A model generated the notes under the pieces. That model was not told the origin of the DNA. It searched no databases and was given only the letters and a program-made list of their open reading frames with translations. A stretch of DNA of 5,395 bases, from contig SUPR01000173.1 of the NCBI GenBank assembly GCA_005191425.1, positions 1-5,395 of the forward strand. The letters are read 5' to 3'. This DNA is from Candidatus Helarchaeota ASGARD archaeon Hel_GB_B (GTDB lineage Archaea; Asgardarchaeota; Lokiarchaeia; Helarchaeales; HEL-GB-B). This document shows positions 1-5,395 of this stretch, piece by piece (the stretch's first letter is position 1; the number at the start of each line of letters is the position of its first letter). A program made the translations under genes and the position numbers.

Positions 1-1
1 A

Positions 2-616
2 TATTATACAAGAAGTATTAAACCTGGCTTTCTTTCACTTATCCGTATAACACCGGCTGATATGAGTTTTGCTTGTATAAATCCCTCTATTGCCGTTGAT
101 AATAACGATATACCATATATAGTTTTTGATTATTTTGATATGACTACTACAAATTCTTATGAAATTTATTATACACGTTATTTTGAGCATCCATATAAAA
201 TAACATCTACAACTGCTGATGAATACCACCCAGATATTGACATTACTTCTGATTATGCCGTAGTTGTCGTTTATGAGAAATATATCAGTGGTGAAAATGA
301 AAACATATTCTGTAAAATTCAAAAGTCAGGTGAAAACTTTCAACAAATGTTTTATGAAGAGGCACAGTTAACTACAAACCAGTTCAGTGATAATTATCCT
401 AGAGTAGCGGTAGATAATCAAAATAGAATTCATGTTATTTGGGAAGGACATACTGGTCCTAGTGGCAATAATATAAATCTATTTTATAATTGCGGGACTC
501 CTGTTGTTACTACCACAACGACAAGAATCCCCGGTTTTACAATGCCATTATTATTAGGTGTGTTAACAACTATACTTTTAATAAGCAACAGAAATAGAAA
601 AAAACTGGTAAAATAA
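2..616 (+). CDS. C-terminal part of a secreted/cell-surface protein with beta-propeller-like (BNR/sialidase-like) repeats and a C-terminal PGF-type sorting signal; 5'-truncated by the window edge
   Basis: The frame is open from position 2 (YYTRSIKPGFLSLIRITPAD) into the tracked ORF at 62, so ATG62 is probably internal. Three repeats have the form I-Y/F-Y...(I/L)T...P-x-(I/V)-x-(V/I)-x...(H/Y/V)-(I/V)-(V/I)-(W/F/Y): NPSIAVDNNDIPYIVF, HPDIDITSDYAVVVVY and YPRVAVDNQNRIHVIW. The protein ends TTTTTRIPGF-hydrophobic helix-NRNRKKLVK, with stop TAA at 614-616. Confidence 0.85.
   Translation, partial: YYTRSIKPGFLSLIRITPADMSFACINPSIAVDNNDIPYIVFDYFDMTTTNSYEIYYTRYFEHPYKITSTTADEYHPDIDITSDYAVVVVYEKYISGENENIFCKIQKSGENFQQMFYEEAQLTTNQFSDNYPRVAVDNQNRIHVIWEGHTGPSGNNINLFYNCGTPVVTTTTTRIPGFTMPLLLGVLTTILLISNRNRKKLVK
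509..613 (+). other. Archaeal C-terminal protein-sorting signal (PGF-CTERM / Loki-CTERM-like)
   Basis: Tripartite architecture: Thr5 linker (509-523), IPGF motif (527-538), hydrophobic segment TMPLLLGVLTTILLIS, then basic tail NRNRKKLVK immediately before the stop. Confidence 0.8.
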
Positions 617-620
617 ACTT

Positions 621-667
621 TATTTTCGTAAATATTAATTTATTTTTCAATATTTTTTCTATTTTTT
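621..667 (+). terminator. Oligo-T tracts, probable archaeal intrinsic terminator of gene 1
   Basis: T4 (623-626), T5 (643-647), T6 (653-658) and T6 (662-667) runs lie directly after the stop codon. Confidence 0.5.
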
Positions 668-785
668 GTATAGTATTAAATATTACACAATAATAATTTC
701 TAATTTTAGAATAAAATTGAAATAATTTCGGAGAATCTAATTTATTGCGTAAATTATTTCCTTTTAAAACATAATTTCTATTATT

Positions 786-806
786 TTTTTGTTCAAATAA
801 CAAAAA
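786..806. repeat. Perfect 8-bp inverted repeat TTTTTGTT-N5-AACAAAAA, candidate operator or hairpin
   Basis: Left arm 786-793, spacer CAAAT, right arm 799-806 is the exact reverse complement. It sits where the spacer switches from T-rich to A-rich. Function is not demonstrated. Confidence 0.35.
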
Positions 807-962
807 TAGGATTTAAAAATAAAAGCCATTTTATAAGAAAATCGAAAAAAGTCGAATTTAAAATAGAAAAATAGCAGAAAATTTAAATTTTAAAACAAAA
901 TATAAAACAATAATTTATGATTTAATGGAAATTAAAACTAATTTTATTAATTATAAATGTTT

Positions 963-968
963 GGTGAT
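963..968 (+). promoter_or_regulatory. Shine-Dalgarno-like GGTGAT upstream of the hydrolase gene
   Basis: Matches the core of the prokaryotic SD consensus GGAGGTGATC and is a rare G-rich patch in an AT-rich spacer. It lies 5 nt before an in-frame ACG at 974. Confidence 0.5.
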
Positions 969-1000
969 GTCGGACGAAAATTAATAAGAAATTTATTTTT

Positions 1001-2707
1001 TTGATCAGTAGTTTTATTTTGATAATTACTGGTCTAATTCCGATGATTTACTTTACTTATTTTAATTATCCATACATGAGGTATAATATTACATTAGAGA
1101 GTAAGGATGGGACGGAGTTAAGTGGTTGGCTGTATTTACCTTCCCCAGCTCCTTCTAGTGCGGCACCTATTCCTGGAATAGTAGTTACACATGGGTTTAC
1201 AAGTAGTAAGGTTTCAATGCAAGGATATTCAATTGAGTTTGTGAAAAGAGGGTTTGTAGTAGTTGCGATAGATTATAGAGGGCATGGAATGAGTGATGGT
1301 TATTTGGATTCAAGAAGATATACAAATGAGTCACCATTGATTGATGATATAATGGCGGGCGTTAAATACTTACGAAATTTGAATTATGTAGATAAAAAAA
1401 GTATAGCAATTTTAGGTCATTCTATGGGGGGGATTACTGCAATCCAAGCTGGAGCTATGTATCCGGATGAAATCAATGCGACAATAAGTATTGGTGCAAT
1501 TTTAAACCCAGACCATGGAGAAGGAACTGTTAATGTTTCTTTGATTTCAAATTTCATGATTGGAATCGGCGGGCATGAAGAATTATTTACAATTGAAGCA
1601 GGTCTAAATTTTATGAAAAATTATACTGGGATAACTGATCCCAAGCCAAATACATTATATGGAAATTTTACCTATGGAAATGCAACTGAACTAGTGGTAT
1701 CGCCATCTTCAGACCATATTTTAGAAATAAGTGACAAGAATTTAATAGAATCCTCGGTTGAATGGCTTGAAAATGCGTTTTACGGTGGTGTGAGGTATCC
1801 AATAACAATAACAGAAAAATACCGGAGCGTTGCAATGTTGACTACGCTTTTAGGTGTATTGATAAGCATTTTTTCAATAGTTGCTTATTCAAGAAAAGCA
1901 TTTTTTAAATCAAAGCCATTAATTTACGATATACAAGAGATATCATCAGAAATTGAATTATCTCCTGCAAGGTCAAATACTGAAAAAATGAAGGTAATAG
2001 TCTTTTATGCTTTATTATATATTAGTGGCACATCTTTTGGACTTCTTTTAGAAATTCCATTTTCCTATATATTTGAATCAACAGTATTAAAGGTAATGAG
2101 TAGTCTATTTATTGCTATTTTTTTAGGCCTGGCATGTGGTCTGTTTTTAATCTATTTTCTAATTCATCGCTTTTTTGAACACAAAAAAACACCGCTTTTA
2201 TTGACAATTTATAACCGATTAACAAGGAATTTCAGAAAATCAACTTCAATGGGACTAATTATTTTCTTTTATTTGTTTTCCTTTCTTGTCCTAACATTCC
2301 AGATAGGAGCATTAAATGTGGTACTTACTATAAGAGACCTTGGGGCATTTATAGCAATTGGACTGTTAATAGCTCCATATTTCTTGATTAGTGAATTATT
2401 AATCCGTCAATTTCAAGATAAATTAAATATTAAAAATAGATTTACAAATTGGATTATAACATCAGTCATTATCAGTTTAATAAAAATTAGTGTATTTATA
2501 CCATTATTGTTTATGGGTTTAGGCTTTGTTACATTAATGATAGCAATTTTAGTAGGCTTATTACCAGTAATGGAAATATTCTCAAATTGGACGTATATAT
2601 ACTCCGACCGAAATCCATTGACTCCAGCAATCTTCAGTTGGCTATTTATGACTTGGTTTCTGACCTTTTTAATGCCATTTGGAACAATTACCTATTCGTT
2701 GTTTTAA
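1001..2707 (+). CDS. Membrane-bound alpha/beta-fold hydrolase (esterase/peptidase-like) with N-terminal membrane anchor and about 8 C-terminal TM helices; true start may be 974
   Basis: Contains the oxyanion motif VVTHGF, DYRGHGMS, and nucleophile elbow GHSMGG (1415-1432; Ser141). Probable acid is in GGHEEL (Glu193/194) and probable His in SDHILE (His239). The N-terminus is hydrophobic and a long polytopic hydrophobic region follows from about nt 1830. Substrate cannot be inferred. Confidence 0.9.
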   Translation: MISSFILIITGLIPMIYFTYFNYPYMRYNITLESKDGTELSGWLYLPSPAPSSAAPIPGIVVTHGFTSSKVSMQGYSIEFVKRGFVVVAIDYRGHGMSDGYLDSRRYTNESPLIDDIMAGVKYLRNLNYVDKKSIAILGHSMGGITAIQAGAMYPDEINATISIGAILNPDHGEGTVNVSLISNFMIGIGGHEELFTIEAGLNFMKNYTGITDPKPNTLYGNFTYGNATELVVSPSSDHILEISDKNLIESSVEWLENAFYGGVRYPITITEKYRSVAMLTTLLGVLISIFSIVAYSRKAFFKSKPLIYDIQEISSEIELSPARSNTEKMKVIVFYALLYISGTSFGLLLEIPFSYIFESTVLKVMSSLFIAIFLGLACGLFLIYFLIHRFFEHKKTPLLLTIYNRLTRNFRKSTSMGLIIFFYLFSFLVLTFQIGALNVVLTIRDLGAFIAIGLLIAPYFLISELLIRQFQDKLNIKNRFTNWIITSVIISLIKISVFIPLLFMGLGFVTLMIAILVGLLPVMEIFSNWTYIYSDRNPLTPAIFSWLFMTWFLTFLMPFGTITYSLF

Positions 2708-2716
2708 TTAAATTCA

Positions 2717-2732
2717 TTTTATTTTTTTATTT
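2717..2732 (+). terminator. Oligo-T tract, probable terminator of the hydrolase gene
   Basis: TTTTATTTTTTTATTT (T7 at 2722-2728) starts 10 nt after the stop. Confidence 0.5.
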
Positions 2733-2939
2733 GATTATTAATTAAAGTATTTTTAACTTATTTTAATTATCGACAAACTAACATTTTTAAAAGATAAAAT
2801 TTACTTCTATATTCAATGAATTTTCACTAACGAATTTTAAAAAGCACTGTTTTTATTTATTTATATTTTCTTTTCATCGCATTTTACAATAATATTTAAT
2901 TGACCAATAAAAATTGAATTGTAGAACAGAATACCACAA

Positions 2940-2947
2940 TTTATAAA
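2940..2947 (+). promoter_or_regulatory. Candidate TATA box (TTTATAAA) for the CoA-transferase gene
   Basis: Exact match to the archaeal TATA consensus about 150 nt upstream of the ATG. The background is very AT-rich, so specificity is low. Confidence 0.25.
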
Positions 2948-3081
2948 TTTTAAAGAGTGTGAATAAATAATTATTTCAGTTCATTCAAAATACATTGTAA
3001 TTTTATTAATTTTAAAAATTTATTTTATTAATTCATAGAATCAAATAAATCAATTTTTGAAAATAATAAGACTAAAAATTT

Positions 3082-3090
3082 AGGTAGATC
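3082..3090 (+). promoter_or_regulatory. Shine-Dalgarno-like AGGTAGATC
   Basis: AGGT at 3082-3085 is followed by 8 nt and then ATG3094. It resembles AGGTGATC with one inserted base. Confidence 0.5.
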
Positions 3091-3093
3091 AAG

Positions 3094-4290
3094 ATGGTAG
3101 GTACATTAGAAGGAGTAAAAATTTTAGATTTGAGCCAATTTATTTCAGGCCCATGGTGTACTAACCTATTATCAACCCAAGGTGCAGAAGTTATAAAAGT
3201 CGAGCCACCAGTTACTGGAGAGAGTTTAAGGATATTTACGATACTTCAAAAACATATGTACTTTTTTTTTAGCATATTTAACTTAAATAAAAAGTCAATA
3301 ACATTGAATATTAGAAAAACTGAAGGTCAAGAAATTTTTAAGGAATTAGTCAAGCATGTAGATGTAGTAGTAGAAAATTATACACCTGGTTTGATGAAAA
3401 AATGGAATTTGGATTATGAGACAGTCTTAAAACCAATTAATCCAAGGTTAATTTATGGTTCAATTTCAGGGTTTGGTCAAACTGGACTTGAAGAATATGT
3501 TAAAAAACAAGCGTTTGACTTAACTATTCAAGCAAATAGCGGGCTTCTGGATGCTTTAGGAATGGAAGGTCCGCCACGAATACCATTAGCAGATTTTTCT
3601 GCGGGTAATGTAATGGCTTTAGGAATTTGTCAAGCATTATATTATAGAGAGAAAACAGGTAAAGGACAATTCATAGATCTATCTATGTTAGACTTAATGT
3701 ATGCTATGAATGTGCGAACTCAAGTTAGGGAATATATGCCACAAGCTCGCGGTAAACCCCAAGTTCTCGAAAAGATTTTGCCCACTTATGACCAATATAA
3801 TACTAAAGATAATAAAAGAGTAGGAATTGTAACTATCACTGAAAAGCAGTTCCAAAGATTATGTGATGTAATTGGGAGACCTGAACTCAAAAAAGATAAA
3901 AGATTCAAAGATGTAATTAAAAGAATGGACCATATTGATGAATTAGATGAGATACTTGAAAGTTGGACAAAAACATTAGATAGAGATGAAATTATTGATA
4001 TATTAGATAAGAATAGAATTCCATGTGCTCCAGTACTCCATGTTGATGAAGTAAGAGAACACCCACAATTAAAAGCCCGAAATATGTTCTATCAAAAATT
4101 TGATTTGTCCGATTTCCCTGATTTAAAATCCGCAACAGTCCCAAATGTTATATTAAAATTCTCAGAATCTCAAGGTGAGATCCATTCAACCGCACCACAA
4201 TTGGGCCAAAATAATAACGAAATATATCAAGATTTATTAGGATTTTCTACTGAAAAAATAAAAGATTTAAGACGAAATGGTATTATTTAA
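3094..4290 (+). CDS. Family III CoA-transferase (CaiB/BaiF/formyl-CoA transferase-like), substrate unknown
   Basis: Typical motifs in the expected order: GVKILDLSQFISGP, GAEVIKVEPP, NKKSITLNI, DVVVENYTPG, NPRLIYGSISGFGQTG, FDLTIQANSG, PLADFSAG (Asp167, nt 3592-3594, equivalent to catalytic Asp169 of Frc/CaiB), GKGQFIDLSM, and C-terminal APQLGQNNNEI. The 398-aa length is normal for the family. Confidence 0.95.
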   Translation: MVGTLEGVKILDLSQFISGPWCTNLLSTQGAEVIKVEPPVTGESLRIFTILQKHMYFFFSIFNLNKKSITLNIRKTEGQEIFKELVKHVDVVVENYTPGLMKKWNLDYETVLKPINPRLIYGSISGFGQTGLEEYVKKQAFDLTIQANSGLLDALGMEGPPRIPLADFSAGNVMALGICQALYYREKTGKGQFIDLSMLDLMYAMNVRTQVREYMPQARGKPQVLEKILPTYDQYNTKDNKRVGIVTITEKQFQRLCDVIGRPELKKDKRFKDVIKRMDHIDELDEILESWTKTLDRDEIIDILDKNRIPCAPVLHVDEVREHPQLKARNMFYQKFDLSDFPDLKSATVPNVILKFSESQGEIHSTAPQLGQNNNEIYQDLLGFSTEKIKDLRRNGII

Positions 4291-4297
4291 TAAAATT

Positions 4298-4364
4298 TAA
4301 TCCATTAGTAAAATTTTTTTTAGAAACTAAAGCCCTATCTTAGTGGCTATAATCAGATGGATTA
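4298..4364. ncRNA. Candidate structured RNA element (three-way junction), unclassified
   Basis: TAATCCAT (4298-4305) pairs with ATGGATTA (4357-4364). It encloses TAGT/ACTA (4306-4309/4326-4329) and AGCC-CTA/TAG-T-GGCT (4331-4348). Pairing was found by eye only, and no known family is recognised. Confidence 0.2.
4314..4321 (+). terminator. T8 tract, probable terminator of the CoA-transferase gene
   Basis: Eight consecutive T starting 24 nt after the stop codon. Confidence 0.45.
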
Positions 4365-4457
4365 GACAATATAGTTCCAGTTCTAATAAAGCGAAATTAA
4401 ATTTGCATAAAAAGAGCAATTATTATATTATGATCGAAGGGTATTTAGCCGACTTTA

Positions 4458-4481
4458 TTTTTATAAATTTTTTTATAAATT
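4458..4481. repeat. Perfect 12-bp tandem duplication (TTTTTATAAATT)x2
   Basis: 4458-4469 and 4470-4481 are identical, and each contains the palindromic TTTATAAA. Confidence 0.6.
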
Positions 4482-4543
4482 TTATTGAAAATTTCTTAAA
4501 TAATTTGTAATCAACCCATTAAGTTTAATATATTAATTTTTAA

Positions 4544-5395
4544 TTAGAATAATTGAAGATCACGATTAATTAAATTTCTTAATCTTGCAGCATAGTCAAT
4601 AATCATTTTATAATTTAAATATTTTTCATCAATAGTTCTTATTAAAGCATATGGAGGAAAAAATATAAGCATAAAAATATCTTGCTTTCTATTAATAAAA
4701 TAAGTGTTTTTTGTAGAATCATAAATAATTTCTCCGATTATAGGTTTATTATAAAGATAACTATGATATGAAATAAATTCTGATAACCAAATATATTTCA
4801 ATTTATTTTTATTATATCTTTTATTACTAAAAATAGTTTTTAAATAATTGTAAATATATTCACTAGATTTTTTCAAATAGTTTTCAAAATATTTCTTAGC
4901 ATCGATTAAAAATGTCCTAATAAAAATTTTTGAAAGATTATTATAAATTTTATTGATTCTATAATTATTAAAATCATTCAATATTTTATCTATTCTTTTA
5001 TCTTTTTTATTTTTTATTTTATCAACAATACCATCCGAATTTACTATTCTAAACAATCCTTCTTTTATAAACTTTTGAATATAATTTTCAAAATAGCTAA
5101 TATATTCTATATTATTATTTAATGTTATATAGTTATATTCCTTCATAAAAAATCCTTGAGAAATTTGATGTACATGTTCTCCAAAAGCGTTTACTTCTTT
5201 AGGTAATGGGATAATTATCTCGCAAATTTCATTTAGTAAATCGTCTATAGATTTTAATATAAAAATACCTGTTGCTGGATCTAAAATTATAAAATTTTCT
5301 ATAAATAAGGAAGGATCTGAAAATTGATAATCTTCATTTATTTTGAATTTTCTCTTTAAAAATAAATCATGTCCTATAATCACATAACTATGATT
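4544..5395 (-). CDS. Hypothetical protein, probably 5'-truncated by the window edge
   Basis: At least 279 codons without a stop in extremely AT-rich DNA, where stops would be frequent by chance. The frame stays open from GTG5383 to the edge (NHSY-VIIGHD...), so the real start may lie outside the window. It is rich in I/N/K/Y/F, has no clear TM segment and no motif I recognise. Confidence 0.75.
   Translation of the reverse strand, partial: NHSYVIIGHDLFLKRKFKINEDYQFSDPSLFIENFIILDPATGIFILKSIDDLLNEICEIIIPLPKEVNAFGEHVHQISQGFFMKEYNYITLNNNIEYISYFENYIQKFIKEGLFRIVNSDGIVDKIKNKKDKRIDKILNDFNNYRINKIYNNLSKIFIRTFLIDAKKYFENYLKKSSEYIYNYLKTIFSNKRYNKNKLKYIWLSEFISYHSYLYNKPIIGEIIYDSTKNTYFINRKQDIFMLIFFPPYALIRTIDEKYLNYKMIIDYAARLRNLINRDLQLF

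Noticed and set aside
35-322. 95-aa minus-strand ORF
   Set aside because: Lies entirely antisense to the well-supported surface-protein gene and has no motifs; a shadow ORF.
458-472. 13/15 match between gene 1 (458-472) and the spacer (4339-4353) as a DGR template/variable repeat or sRNA target
   Set aside because: The match does not extend, the mismatches are not an adenine-specific pattern, no reverse transcriptase is present, and such matches are expected by chance in AT-rich DNA.
570-803. 77-aa minus-strand ORF
   Set aside because: Low-complexity K/N/I/F translation of the T-rich spacer, overlapping the end of gene 1 in antisense, with a TTG start and no motif.
964-970. Box C-like GTGATGT of a C/D sRNA
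   Set aside because: One mismatch to RUGAUGA and no CUGA box D at a suitable distance; better explained as an SD.
1426-1432. G7 homopolymer as a phase-variation tract
   Set aside because: Fully explained by the Met-Gly-Gly codons of the GHSMGG motif; the frame is intact and the tract is short.
3262-3270. T9 tract in the CoA-transferase as a frameshift or phase-variation site
   Set aside because: Encodes Phe-Phe-Phe in a normally aromatic position, and family motifs are in frame on both sides.
4298-4364. Hammerhead ribozyme on the minus strand (stem-CUGAUUA-stem II-stem III-CUA-stem)
   Set aside because: The topology is superficially similar, but invariant G8 is U and the essential GAA(A) after stem II is UUU(A), so the catalytic core is absent.
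4430-4452. SECIS-like AUGA...GA element
   Set aside because: Spacing is too short for the eukaryote/Loki-type SECIS, there is no supporting helix, and no gene here has an in-frame TGA.
4430-4510. 26-codon small ORF MIEGYLADFIFINFFINFIENFLNNL
   Set aside because: No convincing SD, and most of it is translation of the AT tandem repeat; unsupported without Ribo-seq or conservation.
1-5395. CRISPR array, tRNA/rRNA, IS element
   Set aside because: No regularly spaced repeats, cloverleaf, transposase motifs or terminal inverted repeats were seen on either strand.

Overview
A very AT-rich, archaeal-looking window with four protein-coding genes separated by long AT-rich spacers. (1) The 3' end of a secreted/surface protein with PxIAVD...HxxW beta-propeller-type repeats and a Thr-linker + IPGF + TM + basic-tail sorting signal (PGF-CTERM/Loki-CTERM type); it is open to the left edge. 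(2) A membrane-bound alpha/beta-hydrolase (GHSMGG) with an N-terminal anchor and about 8 C-terminal TM helices. (3) A family III (CaiB/BaiF) CoA-transferase with its catalytic Asp intact. (4) A convergent hypothetical gene I cannot assign, open to the right edge. The sorting signal, oligo-T terminators and GGTGAT-type SD suggest an archaeon, possibly Asgard (inference only). I found no CRISPR array, tRNA/rRNA or mobile element, and no clearly novel multi-gene system. The best leads are: a probable non-canonical ACG start (or ATG>ACG change) for the hydrolase; a possibly degenerate CPBP/Rce1-like membrane domain fused to it; a candidate structured RNA in the convergent spacer at 4298-4364; and the orphan gene at the right end.
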